DNA of 63,981 nucleotides, filler included, from Dirinaria sp. TL-2023a (taxonomy: Eukaryota): assembly GCA_051941275.1 (NCBI GenBank). It is 4 parts of 4 records of this genome, joined end to end, with 100 filler letters (N's around TTAATTAATTAA, not from the genome) between each part and the next. Parts side by side here need not be neighbours in the genome. Positions count along the whole stretch, not along the records: positions 33,033 to 49,382 come from JAVEBF010000494.1; positions 49,483 to 63,981 come from JAVEBF010000600.1; 2 more parts are not named here. The stretch is one strand, 5' to 3'. The notes beneath the pieces were generated by a model. It ran no database searches. It saw nothing but the letters and a program-made list of their open reading frames with translations, and was not told where the DNA came from. Made by a program: the position numbers and the translations under genes. Each line of letters starts with the position of its first letter. Within the stretch, counting starts at the first letter, position 1. Below, piece by piece: positions 46,151 to 59,782 of this stretch.

Positions 46151-47963
46151 GGTTTGCATGCGTTTTTGGGCGACGCTCCGCTGTTCGGATCCCTCGTTTT
46201 TTCCCCATGTTCATGGATACATATGTATGAATGACCCGTTTGGATCTTTTTCTTTCCCTTTGGCAAGTCAAGCAAAAACATAGAACGCTCCAACACAAAC
46301 CCATCACACCTGTAAATATTCCAATAAATACCATTGGCAGTAAGTCAGAAATACAAGAAACCACTTTTTTTCCGATGAATCGTAGTTTATGAAGCAAGTC
46401 TGTCAGATCAAAGGCTTAGAAATTTTGTGGGTTTGAATTTGTTTTGGTTGTTGCGGTGGAGGTTTTATGTGGAGATGTTTGACATGATAAAGGGCGGGTT
46501 TGGGTTAGGAAGATTGGAATTATTGAGAGAGAGGTCCTGGAATTATGAACAGAGAAGAGGATTCATCTATCTACGTGGTAGAACATACCTCTCCATCACA
46601 ACCAACCCCTTCTCCGAGCCTTTGAAATGAAGGAAATCTGCAGTGGATAAACTCCTTCCTACGTCTACATTTCGCTTCTGTGCGCTTTTCAGGGTTTAGA
46701 GGCATCGAATCGAATTACAAATCAACTATCTCAACACCATGGCCTTTCTGAGATTTGATTTTTTGGGTCTTTTTTTCCCCAAATGAGCCATGTTCTTAGA
46801 TATCACTAAAATTATGAAAACTATCTGAACAAGTATAAGCCAACGATATCCATCGGCTGGTATTAACTTCAGGGTTGGTGGGAGTTTAGAATACTCGCTC
46901 CTCTCGTGGCTTCTCCCGGAAAGGCATGCACCCTTACTCATCAGCAGCGTCTCTGCGGTTCGAGGGCTGAGTATGGCAGGGTTATCTTTTTGCTAACTTG
47001 TGCTCGTATCACTAAGTTTGCCTTCTTCGGATTTAACGAGAAGGTTTTTTGTTGTTTCTTGTTTATGGTAGGGTAGAGATGTTATACTATTACTAGCAAA
47101 CCCGTCTTGCGTGCTGGTCGACTAAGGATCTCTCGATAACTCGAAAGTTAAGCGCGGAGTGCTTCCGATCTGATGCAGTGCAGGAGGGGCGGGGGGTTTT
47201 TTTGGATTCGGGAAAGAGTTGTCAGATTTAGTACTTGTAGGTTGGTGATTATAAGCGCTTGGATTGTAAGACGAAGAAGAAAAATAGGTCTGGCATTGGT
47301 GCTGATTAGTAGTGTAGATGGATATGAAGAGTCACGAGGGCCGCAAAGCAGGCAAGGAGAAAAAAAAAAAAATTGGCAGTTGGTCTTGGGATTGATCCTT
47401 GCATTCTTGAAAATTGAGTCCGAAAACCATTTTTTTTGGATCGCTCATACGCGTGGGGAAGATTTGATAGATGAACGTCCGATAAAGAAAAGATTTACGA
47501 TTCTTCAAAGTTATTGGTCGCCAAGAAAATAAAAGACCAGCTACAGTAGAATGATGAGGTAAGTGATATGACAACCAAGTTTCGAATGGACGTATTATTT
47601 ATTTATTTTTAAATGCGTGGATAATAGCGAACGAATATCATGGGGAAGAGCTTTGAGAAATGCTAATAGCTTTGCATTGCATCGAATGCCGTTGATCCTG
47701 CTGAGATCCGTAGATGGATGTCTGCTCCTGATATGCATCAATTGGCGCAGTGATTTTAACCAGATGCTGCCTTCTAAGCGTGGCGGGATCCAGCATATTT
47801 TGAGAGATGCTGGTACAGCAGATGAAATGGGATTTCGGAAAGAAGTTCCTCGCGAAACCCTTATTCATGTATTGGCTTCGAGAAAGTAGAGGTATCAGTA
47901 CTGTGAATAAGAGCTGGCAGAAAATTCCGCGTAGTAGCCTACAAAAGCATAGTAGCAGAATTA

Positions 47964-48926
47964 TTATGCACCGAGTATATTAGCCAGTTTCCCCAATCCA
48001 CTATGCAGGGTACCATCAGAACCATCAAGGAAAAGGTCAACGTCGCGCTCGATGCGTTCCATATCCTCATCAAGATCCTCGGTACTGCGTCTAATGTAAA
48101 TTGTTCTCAGACCCCTGGCCATACCATTAGAGCTTCGAAAAGGAGTGAAAAGAGATGAATACTTACACCTCTTTCGCTGCTCTTAAGTCATAGGCATGCG
48201 CTGCCACCATACAGCAATCCGCCGGTTGAATTCCTATGAGATCTGCTGCCTTCCGATATATCCTATGATCGGGCTTCAAGAAGAATTAGCGTGGATGTTT
48301 AGCAAAATGATATATGTTACCTTGGTCAAACCTAGGAGCTCTGACGAGAAAAGCATGTGGAAAGACAGGCCAGATGACTTGACAATGTCTAGTTGCAAGC
48401 GAGTCGTGCCGTTGGCTAGAACCACGCTGATTTGGAACATCAGATTTCGGTGAAATGATAGCAAAAGTACACCTGAAAGGTTGCGACTGACATGAAATAT
48501 TTCTTCTTCAATCTTTCCAGTGCCTTGATAGCATCCGGCCATGCTATGCCTGCATCAAGTCGAGAGCTTCCCTTCAACTGCTGGCCTTTTACCTGTCTGC
48601 TCATGCCACCCATCTACCAGCTTCTTTCGCACGTCATCATCCCACACATCATTCCCAATGCTTTCAATGGCAAGTAAACTATCAAGAACGCGCCGGTGGG
48701 TGATATCAATGTCTTCACTAGGCTGACCAGCTTGAAAGCGAGCATGGATCTCCGAAAAGAATCCAGATCGCCAGTCTTTGGCTAGCTGTTCACATTTGTG
48801 GGGAGGCAGATTGGAGACAGGAGGGAAGTCATTGATCGTGTTTAGGATAGAAGAGTACCAGTCGCAGCAAGTACCCATCAAATCAAAGAGGAGAGCCTTT
48901 GGGGGAGGGAAGGATATATCGGACAT
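47964..48926 (-). CDS. HAD-superfamily haloacid dehalogenase type II-like hydrolase, multi-exon
   Basis: LLFDLMGTCCDW (motif I), WPD, VLANG, TK|PD and MVAAHAYDLRAA; stop TAA at 47964-47966. Confidence 0.85.
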
Positions 48927-49382
48927 CACAGAGAGATTGAATGAGAAGGGAGTTATGGCCGCAAGTAGCCTATGAGAACCCCCAGAGAGTAACACATTAG
49001 TCGAGAAGCAGATTACTTTATTTACAAAATGGTCAATTGGCAGTCTGATTAACGTCAGCGAAAGACATGGAAGAGTAGCTTGAGCCAGTGCAAGAGTGAA
49101 AATCAGATCAAAATCTTCCTTGGAGGACCCTGGCTACCCAATCGAGTCTAGCTCCGGGACCTCTCTTTACCTTGTATGCAACATCTTTTACCACTTCACT
49201 CTTGTGAGATCATTCTGTTGCTCACCTTTCTCCGTCAACATAGCCATTCAGTAATGATCCACTGCTGTCCACACAACATGATAAACTACCACGCAGTATC
49301 GTCTCTCGCAACATCCCCACGATCAGATCACCGCACACCTCCTTAAGCTACATCCACAAGATCCTCCCGAAATGCAACCACC

Positions 49383-49482
49383 NNNNNNNNNNNNNNNNNN
49401 NNNNNNNNNNNNNNNNNNNNNNNNNNTTAATTAATTAANNNNNNNNNNNNNNNNNNNNNNNNNNNNNNNNNNNNNNNNNNNN
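49383..49482. other. Artificial contig spacer
   Basis: 44 N + TTAATTAATTAA + 44 N. Confidence 0.97.
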
Positions 49483-49949
49483 AATTGGCTGAATTGCTCG
49501 CAGTAAAGCTTCAGCCATCATTAAATTCTAGTGTTTCGAGATGACCTGCCATGGTCCCTGAGAGTCCATGAAGGTGCGTAAGACGGCTATCTTGACGAGG
49601 GAGAGGCTTATAACCGGCAATACGAATAATTACTATTAGACTCCCAAACATCATCCACAGGCTCGGTCTATTTTCTTTTCTCTCACCTCTATCTCTCATA
49701 ACATTTGGCAGGTGCTGCATCACCTGCGAATTTCGGCTGTCAGGTCTGAAAGAGTGAAATATGGTTGGTATTCGACCGTCAAATTCGTTGGATTTATAGT
49801 GAGCGGCCACAGTCTTTCTTCTATCCCTGATCTTTAAGAAGTCTAAACGGACTATGGCCGAATGAATGAATATAGCCGAATGTGGTTGAAATATATGATC
49901 GATTGTATATTGCAGCAAGGACCGTGCTCTTTTAATCTCTCAAGATTTA

Positions 49950-51127
49950 TTACTCGTCCGCACCACCAACAGCGACCTCTTTTGGCAGCACACCTTGGCG
50001 AGACGGCAATCCTCCTCTCTTGACACCATTCTTACCGACCATGATGCTTTTCGTCTTCTGGCGATGCCATTCATGATAGCACGGCATATCCTTTTCTTGC
50101 TCCTCTTCCTCCGCACTTAACTCCGGGACCAGATTCCCCTCGCGAAGCCGTCGCATAGAGGCATTCTCATTAGGCTTCAAAAAATAGCCAAAAGAATACC
50201 GCTCACAGGAAGTCTGCGCACCGGGCGCATAGAGGACTCGGTGGAAAGCGGATCTCAGCACCCCGCCGGTCCATTGGACGAGCGAGTCGCCGATATTGAC
50301 GATCGCGCAGCCCGGCTCCGGACGCACCCAGCGCCAGTTGGCTGGATCATCCTCCGCGTCCGAGGGCAGGATCTGAAGACCGCCTAGAGTGTTGAAGAGG
50401 ACAGTGATGCTGCCGTTATCGGTGTGACCCGCCAACGAAGCTTGGCGGGAAGGGACCGAGTCTGAAATCGACTGTGGCGGGTTGTGCAGGAATCGGAGCA
50501 CGGTGCTGGAGCGCTCGCTAGGGCTATGCAAGCTCGCAAGGGTCTCGTAAGATATATCAAGTTTGGGGGCAAGGGTGGACAGTATGAGAGTTGCGATGGA
50601 ATGGAGCTGATGCGTCAGAGAACCGAGGAAGGGTCTCTCATCCGCGAAAACGGCGGGAACAGTGGCTACCGAAGGATCAAGAACAGCATCTTTTGCCACA
50701 CTGCAAATCTCGGTCAAGTCACGCTTGCCATCGGTAAAAGCCATGAGACCCATTGGCTTGTACCTAATCCAAGCATCAGCATACCACCGCTTCCGCAGCA
50801 ATGTTTCATGAGCAAAGCGAGTCAGTCAGCCACTCACCCTATGTTATTGGCGTCGAGCTTTACTTTCTTCTTCTCCTCGACATCCAAATCAAAGAACGAC
50901 TTGCCGAGCTCGAATGCGGTCTCCACATTCTTCAAAACCCCGACGCCGTCCGGCGTATCATGTAGATCAAGCAAAAAGAAGCCATGATCCTGGGACGCTT
51001 TGAAAAGCTTCTCGGACTCGACGGCGTCGTTGGACAGCAGCTTCGCGTAAGAAAGTCGAGATAGTGGTAGAATCGGGACGTTGTCTGGAAACGCGGGATA
51101 TTGATCATTGAGAACTGAGGGCGCCAT
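49950..51127 (-). CDS. Fe(II)/2-oxoglutarate oxygenase, IPNS/gibberellin-oxidase-like (DIOX_N + 2OG-FeII_Oxy), 2 exons
   Basis: Exons 51127-50838 and 50763-49950. HGFFLL, GHTDNGSITVLF (HxD), GGLQI, VNIGD, SAFHRV and RYS. Confidence 0.9.
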
Positions 51128-52705
51128 CGTGTTACTCTATGAGCCGCGAGATTGAGAAAGGAAGCTCGTACGACTCGAAATATCCTTACCATTTATATAT
51201 TTCTAATCGACTAAACTCAGCTCACGCGGCTCATGACGCAGAGAAATCCTCCGGTAATCCTCCTTCTGATCCTTGATCCTCGTCCGATAAAGACAGTGGT
51301 GAAACCAATACCCTATAGCAACCCTAAATCTTCTCAAATTTGTGGCCGTATGCTGTCACCACCGCACCACATCCAACAACAATGAGAAAAAAGAAACCCC
51401 GGTATCTAAGCACACCGAATACGACATAGCTTCGAACAATAACCCCTCCTCATAAAAGTAGCTCTCCCGATATCCATATCCATCCAAACCCCCACAGTTC
51501 AATCACATCACAAACCATCTATCCATGAGCCACGCAATCCCTCAAAAAAAAAAAAAAAAAAAAAACTCCAAAACACCAGCAACACACTCCTGTCACTCCA
51601 TAACTCCATCATATTCAAAGACCTTTTCCTGGTTTTTTCCACCCTTCTTTTTCTCTCTCTTATCTGTATCTAACGTATCATCTCCTCCCTCCCCCTTCCT
51701 GGTAATAAAAAAAAATTTGATGATTCAACCTCGAAACATCCAAGTATTCTAGTCGTATATTTTAGCTTTGAGATAAGCGCATGCCCCTGGAAAAATAACT
51801 CAAACCTCCCGCTCACCTTCTTACCAATTTCTTCTTCTTTTTCTTCTTCTTTTTTTCCAGGGAGGAGGAGGAGGGGGAAGTCAAGCAACCTTCCCCCTCC
51901 TTCCCCCTGCTCCCCTCTTCAAACCCCTGAATCCTGCTTCCTGCATCTGGAAGCTATGCTGCTGCGTTGTCATTTCTTTCTGAAATAATTAAATACTACG
52001 ATAAGGAATGAAGGAAGGAAGGGAGAGAGGAAGGAAGAAAGAGGGAGAGGAAGGAAGGGAGAGGTGAGAACTTTTTTGGGGGGTCGGGCAAGGTGAATGC
52101 ATGATACCTACCTACCTTCCGTCTAAAAACCACAGGGCTTTGGTTGGACTTCGACTGGTCCCTGAATGAAGTAAGGTAAAGTAAGAGACTGGGCAGAGGC
52201 AGAGGTGACTTGACACGAGGGATAGGTATTAATGATACAAGACCCTTCTTCCGGCGCAGTGTAATCGTTCACAGCTATTTCTAAGTTACATAGATAGATC
52301 ATCGAAGATAGCTAGGAGCTAAGCTGTCTCATTAGAACTTGGACTGGTGCTGGTTTTGGCACAATTCACTGGTCACTCATAAATAGTCTTGTTTGTTTGG
52401 TAGGGGAAGGATAGATATGGACTTTCGGAAAAATTTTCTATTCAAACAACAATTCTGACACCACGCTCACTTCCTCTTCCCTGCCCTCCCCTCCCCTACC
52501 ATCGCAGAACGGGCTTCTAAGCGTGAGCGAAGGGCGGCAGTCGGAGGAGTTGTTGTGTAAAAACTTTAGCAATGAGATTATTGAATTCCCTTTGATCGTC
52601 AAATATCGTAAAATCGTTAGAAAGAACCGTGATCCCCGTCCCAATCTATGGCTTCTGTCCTAACCCATGATCCCAATATATTGAAATGCATATTCTAAAT
52701 CTAAG

Positions 52706-53617
52706 CTAGGATCCCCAGCGGCGGTTCCGTTCCTCCGAAGGCCACACCGCCCACGCAAGCGCAATGCCGGCCTTGATCGCGGCAGCGATCCACATCGGGA
52801 TATTGATGCGCCCTGTCGTCTTCGTGACCCAGCCTCCGGTGATGGCACCGATGAGCAGCATCGCGAAGCCGAAGAACCGCCTGTTGCGGACCGGGTTCCG
52901 CAGCTTGAGCAGGTTCGGGTCGGAGCCGAAGTCATAGACCGTGGTGGTGATGACGACGGTCGACACCTCTGGGAATTTCATGTCCCGGGTCAGGCAGACT
53001 TGGCCGGGCGCCTGGAAGCTGAGGAGCGCGATGGGGATCTCGTGGATCCAGTTGATGTTGTCGCCGATGTATTCCAGCCGGCCTTCGACCACGTCTGTTT
53101 GGACGAGGATGGCGCAGAACAGGATGATGCTGGCTTGGATGAGGAACGAGAAGATCAGCGTTGTTCGCTTGGAGGCGTCGAAGCGGCGGTTGAAGCGTGC
53201 GAAGCAAAAAGCGCCGGTGCAGAAGCAGATGAGAGAAGTGAGGGACTTGGCCCAGCCGTAGGGTCTCGTGGTGGTGTTATAGTTGGACGCACCAAGACCG
53301 AGAAACATGGTGTTCCCTGTTGCTGATCAGTTATACAACTCTTGGACGGTGCGGGTTGGATACGCACCAGTCTGCATCGAGACGAAGGTCCGGTAGGCAC
53401 TGAAGATGGTGCTATCTAGAAGTCCCGTTGCGAGCCAACAGAATAACAAGACATGATCGGTATTATGATTGTGGATGGTGGATTGAAAGTGCTGAGTCCA
53501 GCGTCCAGTCGGTTGGTTTTTGGTGTTGGAGGATGCGGGGCTGCACTCTTCCAGGTCTCGTAGATCCTCTGGTGACGGTGCTGGATCGTGAAGCTCTGAC
53601 TTGGTATTGCTCGACAT
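52706..53617 (-). CDS. DUF1275 (YoaK-like) multi-pass membrane protein, 2 exons
   Basis: Exons 53617-53368 and 53316-52706. GLLD...FVSMQTGNTMFLGLG, LLSFQ, TVVITT and RNRR..LIGAITGG. Confidence 0.85.
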
Positions 53618-56195
53618 TGTTGAGTTGTCAAGGCTGTTTCAGCCCAGCCACGAGGTCGAAGAAACGAAAGTGTTTTGAACTAGTTTAGGGTGGTCTTTCC
53701 AAGAAATCAAAGCGTGGCCGAAGCTGGTCAAAATATCGATGATGATGCAAGCAGATTCCGGTCCTACTTTGGTTTGTGTCCCAGTGTCGACCAGGCTGAC
53801 CCCTTTTCTTATAGACCGAGCAACCGACATCTTGGCTTTGGCCGTCAGCATACAGCGAGCATTGATAAATGAGGTCTCGAATCTCTGGATCTGCGCTCAC
53901 CGAATGTCCGATGACAGCGAGAGATCTCGATCAGATGAAGATATCCATCAGCTTACTGCCACCCTTGCGTCCAGCCCCTAGCTTCCACTTGCCCCTTCAC
54001 CCCATCAGTTCCCTGAATGTGGATCCGCCAAGTCGAGGGTTAGCCAAGCAGATTCCATGGGAACGGCACACGGCAAGGCCTCAGATCTTCCGTGAAGATA
54101 ATCAGGCAGTTGCTTTTGGGCCAAGAGTCCCAACGCCTCAGCGCCAAGATCCGCTTGCAGCGGAGATTATGCGTGTATGAACGTCGCGGGTCTCAGAGTC
54201 AAATCCGCGGGATAAGAGACGACGATCAACAGCCCAGACACTGCGTTCGGTCACGCAATCACGTCGCGAACTACTGTTATAGATGTCATGAATCGGTCGG
54301 GTTTCTGTTGTGTTTCCCCGAGACGAAAAAACGTGCTCAAGTGCAGCCACTGACACCATCTTCTACAGAAGAAAACAGCTTAAGACTTCTTGCGTATATC
54401 GGATATATTATCTTCAAAAATAGAATGAAGACAGAAAAGAGCGGCGTGTCGCCGGCTGCAACACCTTCACCGCGCCATGGTGAAGACTTACGATCTAATG
54501 AAGGCAATGAGATGGAAAACCTACAAGAGCGCCGTGGCCCCAGGCCCACCACACCTTCCCATCATCCTAAATCCGTAGCCGGGATATTCACTTGGCCTGC
54601 GTACTTGGCAATTTTCCTCTCTGCCTGTGATTCGCAAAGACGCAATGCCAAGGTGACTGATGGTGGTTCAATGGACGCAAACTCCGGTTCCACACCACAA
54701 TCTTCGGCCGTACAGAGCGACCGCGAGGAATGAGACAACGCGGCTCGCTGGTAGTCGTCGAGAGAAGGTGACAGATGTTCTGGGCGACGACGCAATGTGT
54801 TCTGCAACTTCTGGATATAGCAAAACCTCAATGCTGTCTCCGTCCAGTGCTTGCGGAAGTTTTCCTCTGCTAGCGAAATTACGTCCATTTTGATGCTCTT
54901 TGCAAAAACCGAAATTGACGATGTCCTCAACCTAGAACCCAGTAACCATCTCCACCTCGCTCGCGAAAGACACTGTCGGAGATTGTTAAGAGTTCATAAA
55001 ACATCTGCGCTCTTGATGTAGCATCGTCTCCTTGAGACATATGAAACTCCCCTGTCGACTCAAGGAGAGAGTGAAGAAGAGTGCATGGAATCAGCTGTGT
55101 ACCTGATCAAGCATAGCTCGAGGATCAGGTGCGCAGGTTGTTCATCATCCACGCTAGCTTACCGACTGAGCAGTCGTGCATGATGGATTCGAGTGTTCTT
55201 GACGGTTTCATGTGAAATCTGTAATCCGCACATTTCCTTTGTCGCAGGGTGATGTGGATGCCTGATGAACCTTTTTCCGAAGTCGGTGTGGTCGGGCTCG
55301 CTCTCAAATGTTGACTTTCGGCATGGTAGGCGGTTCGGGGGGTTGTTATTCGGCTAGGTCTAGACCTAATTGATGATGCCTCCTCTCGCCAACTGCAGCT
55401 CCTTCACCAATGGCCCACCACCTCCTGCATCATGCGTGCGGTTGCACCAATTATCTCCACCCAATGCGCGTGGTCGAGATCACAGTGAGGTCGATATGCA
55501 TGGATCGGTGTGCGACAGTGCGAGTGATTCGATGCTTACGGCACGTAAGATCGATTATCGGATCCGCTGATCTGTCGCGGCCCGCCGAGCATCACGCGTT
55601 GCCGTTTGACGAGCGAGGGACCGACTGGAAACCCTCCATCGGTCAGATATGGAATAATAATGTAAGCTGCAAATCGGATGAGGTGATCTGCGCTACCTTA
55701 CCTGAAGGTAGACAGTTTAATGAAGCTACTTTACCTGACCTTAGCACTCCCGTCCCGTCCATCTTAAGCCGGCCCGCCTTTAGTAGCTTACATAGGGAGC
55801 CCTCGGGTGGGTTTAGTGCCTTGAGCGTCAATCGTCGTATTTGAATATCAATCTAACGATAGCCGCCTCTACAGTCGATAAAATATAGTATATAAGTTCC
55901 GTAAATACTGATTTCCTCGAAAGCCGCGTTTTCGAGACATCCCGACCTCTGACCTCGAGGCATGCTGGTCTCTGCTTAACCGTTGAGACGCATTGCACGT
56001 CTATGGGAGTCGTCGTCGTAAGATTGGCATCACTTGCTAATCCCGAACCATGTTCACGTGTTGCTTCGAGCGTGGATGTAAGATTGCATCATGCAGGAGC
56101 TGGTTGAAAAGAGCAAGCGCACATCTTCACCCTTCCTTCAAAGGCAGCTCCGAACTTGGGAGGCTAGGGTAGAATGAAGCGACTAAAGGATGAGA

Positions 56196-57807
56196 TTATA
56201 GCTTCGTTGTGGAGTGGTTCACGGTTGGAACGAGTCCGGTAGAGAGCTGCTGGGGCCGGAATATGGGCGGATTGCGCATCATGAACTCCCTCCAACGAGC
56301 CATTTTACCTTGCCCTCTCGCGATGGAAGCCAGAGGAAGGATCATCCCCGGTGGGAGGCCCAGCCCAACAAAGACGAACCCTCCCCACAGATCCACGTTC
56401 ATCGCCACGCCTTTGGCTCTGAAATGTGCATCCGCGCTCGCCACTTTCTCGACCTCCGTCGCGATCTCAAACATCGCATTGTCGCTGAAGTCGAACTCGT
56501 CCAGCACCTCTTTCATTAAGTGTGCACGTGGATCTCCACCTTGATAGATCCGATGTCCGAAGCCCCACAGGCGGTCCTCGCCCCGTTTGACCTTCTCGAT
56601 CAATTCTTGCACAGCTTCCCGCCATCTCCCTGGATCCCTGATCTTCGGTTTCCCAGCTCGCTTAATGCCCTTTTCGATCTCTATCTCCTCGGTCCTCGCC
56701 TTCACCCCTTCAAGCATCCCCCACACCATTTCCGTAGCCCCACCATGAACAGCACCCCAGCCGCTCGCTAAAGCAGCCACGAGCGCTGTCACTGGATCAC
56801 CACGTGCACTGACGGCATTGAGAAACACGAAAGTAGCATTTGACATGCCGTGATCTGCGTAGAGGAGGATGGTGCGTTCCAAGGCCTTTTCTTTGCGCGG
56901 AGGGAGCTGCAAGTCGAGTAATCGGGTGACATTGCCAAGGAAAGGACCTTGAGGGTCCAGTTGTGGCCGGATTGCGGACGTGGACAAGGTAGAAGAGTGG
57001 CGGTGTGTCTGTGCTACGGCTACTGCAAGAGCTGCTAGCGTTCGTGGTATTGCGGCCTCTATTTCGTTGAGGTAGGACGGGTTGGACCCTGGATCATAGC
57101 TGTTACGTTGGGAGGCCGCTGGTATAGTCTGAGGCTGGGACGAATTATAGGCGTTCAAAGCGGCTAGAATGATTGTCATCGGTGGTGCTTCACGACTAGA
57201 AATGAAGAATGAGGTTCTTGATTAGCTTCCTTTTCGATGATCGAGCGTTGGGTGCAGTTACCGCGTTGGGAAGGGAATTATCAATTGCAACAGAACTCAC
57301 GGGAAGGAGCCAATAACCTTCAGCATTGTCTCTTGTGTCTCCATCAATCCAGCATTAAGCTTTGCGCGTAAGCCTGCCTTTTGTGCTGAGCTTGGAAGTG
57401 CGCCCCACACGAGAAGGTAGAGACTATCTTCGTATTGTATGTCTCTGCGGAACAGATCTAATATGCCATAGTCTCGGTATCGAAGCGTGCCAGTCTTGCC
57501 GTTCCTAGCGTCATGCAATTCTGTCAGAGAAAGATCATGTGCCTGTAAAGCCTTGCTGATGAAGCAGACAAGAGCGTTCCGGCTAGGAACAGACTTACAT
57601 ATATTGCACCTCTGTCTCAACCACAGCTGTGTTTCGGAGCCCAGGATCGTAGCAGAATAGGCCTCTTGAAGACGGGGAAGACGGATCTTCCATTGCCGCA
57701 AATGACGCTGCAGGGATAGCGCTGCCATTGTGAGTAATAGGGACTTCGTAGGTTCTGTTCGTTCGACGGTCGATGACTGTGAGAGAAGGGTCTGATTTGG
57801 AACCCAT
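56196..57807 (-). CDS. Citrate-synthase-like protein (secondary-metabolism / alkylcitrate-synthase type), 3 exons
   Basis: Exons 57807-57599, 57504-57301 and 57195-56196. LTVIDRRTNRTYEVPI, YDPGLRNTAV, GTLRYRDY, YADHG, VHGGA (His), GFGHRIY (His), DPR, NVD (Asp) and IFRP. No obvious mitochondrial presequence. Confidence 0.9.
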
Positions 57808-58004
57808 TGCATCAAATAGACATTCAGGATGCTGACACAGTCTCTAATGACGCTGTCTCGGAAGCTATGCTGAGAGTACGGGAGTCAAGTGATTCTTGCT
57901 TCCCAAAGCATTTAGCAAGCTTATGGGTGCCATTCATGACCCCAAAACGGACCATGACTTCTCAGAGATTACTGAGAATATGGACGTAGCCTGCTGCGTA
58001 CGCG

Positions 58005-58037
58005 ATCCTGCGAGAGTATCCTGCGAGAGTATCCTGC
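58005..58037. repeat. 13-bp tandem repeat ATCCTGCGAGAGT, about 2.5 copies, upstream of the citrate-synthase-like gene
   Basis: Read directly. Confidence 0.8.
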
Positions 58038-58871
58038 TTGAAGTTGGTTAGTGATCACTCGATGCAGTCGAGCGTCCCGGCCCGGATTGGCGCCGAGGCT
58101 ACTCCGGACTCGGTTGGGAAGCGGCCTGCCTCGGCCCGACACACTAGACGCAAAAGATCCCTCGGACGCGTTCCATCGCCTGTGTGCAGTACGGAGTATT
58201 TGAAGGCCTTTCGAGCCATAAAATAAGGGCCCATATGGGGAACGGCTTTTTTCTACCAGCTTGTGGCAGCCGCGATGCTTCAATGGTGAGAGCGCTGAAG
58301 AGCTCCAAGTCTATATTCATGGAATTGTGGTCGCAGCAGTTGGAAAAACATAGGCCTCGCTCTTTTGGCTTTTCAGCCAAATCAGGATTCAATTCCCAGA
58401 TCATATTTTTCCTTCCTACCATACATTTTTCACTTCTTACGATTCTACAATGTGAGCTCAGTGAGTCGCAAACCGACTAGTCGCATGCGGCAATCTGCTT
58501 TCGAGCCACATTTGGAAATCACATCTCTGTTGGGTCGACATCCTCCTTCGCGTTGAGCCCGGAAAATATATTCTAGCTGAAATATTATACAGACAATATC
58601 TAGCGAATCCGAATAAGTATACCATACGATGCCCTTGTTGCGAATGCGCGATGGTACTATATGGTATGATGCAGATCGTAATCAGTGACTCGAAGACGGT
58701 GTTGATACAAATGTCAAGTCGCTAAATCACGGTGAAGCGCAAAATATTCAAGTCAGTTCAGAACGGATTCAAAAGAAAGACGTACTTTACTTGCCACTGT
58801 ATGACTGTGTAAACGCAGTCACATGCACTTTATCCGCAGCCTGATACGCCTGCCTCCCAAGGATCCTCAAC

Positions 58872-59399
58872 TCAAAGCTTCTGGTCCCCCTTGGCAACCC
58901 ACAACGACTCGGACTCACAAAACAAGCCCCCTTCCCCATCCTCTATCGTGCATCGAATCCAGATCCTCCTCCCCTCCCGCCTCACAATCACTGACCGACA
59001 CAAAACCACGCCAGGAACCGGCACACTTTTCTTAAACCTCAGATCCATCTGCGCAGTCATGATCGACAGCGGAGCCACGGATAGGGCGCAAATGTGATTA
59101 CTCTGATCTATCAGCACGCCAAAGATACCGCCATGCAAGGCACCTTTGTGTCCCTGTAACCCGTTTCCGAGCGATAGCATGAGGAAGAATGTGCGGGATT
59201 GATGAGTTGCATCTTCGATGTCGCGCGTGTGAAGCGATTTCCAGGCTCGGATCGTGGTTTCTGTGCGCAGCGTTGAGGTGATTAGTGGGTTTAGGTGTGC
59301 AGGTCGGCGAGTCGGGAGGCTGATGTCGACTATGTCCGGCGAATTCAAGAGGGTCTGGCACCATTCAAGCGAGAAGTCCGCCAGTTGCTCAGTGAACAT
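58872..59399 (-). CDS. Hotdog-fold acyl-CoA thioesterase (PaaI/THEM4-like)
   Basis: LGNGLQGHKGALHGGIFGVLID, MTAQMDLRFKKSV and REGRRIWI. First ATG at 59399 (ORF track begins at a GTG). Confidence 0.85.
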   Translation of the reverse strand: MFTEQLADFSLEWCQTLLNSPDIVDISLPTRRPAHLNPLITSTLRTETTIRAWKSLHTRDIEDATHQSRTFFLMLSLGNGLQGHKGALHGGIFGVLIDQSNHICALSVAPLSIMTAQMDLRFKKSVPVPGVVLCRSVIVRREGRRIWIRCTIEDGEGGLFCESESLWVAKGDQKL

Positions 59400-59782
59400 T
59401 CTGATCTGCCACTTCTTTTTGACGGAACCGTGTCGTGAAATCACTGCGTTGATTACCTAGAGGAAGCACTATTTACAGTGTCGGAGTTTGCCAAAGTTTA
59501 TCGCATTCGAGCTAGTAATCTTGCTTATACAGCCAATCAAGATCTCTCCGAGCATCTCCTGAGAAATAGACTTCCTGGATGCAGAGTATACCGCACTCAT
59601 TTCTCAACCATAATTTTGTCTTCTTTCCCTTTTTGTCTTCTCTTTTTTTTTTGATTCGTAATTTTTTTTTTTAATCTTGCGCATAATACTCAAACTAGCA
59701 GCGAATGTGGAACAAGATTTAGTGGAGGCTCTGATGTGGTCGGTGTTTGGAATATCGACAGTTCGCGTGCGACAAGCCGCTG

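Noticed and set aside
47964..51127. HAD dehalogenase as part of the citrate-synthase cluster
   Set aside because: An artificial spacer at 49383-49482 separates them; they are on different contigs.
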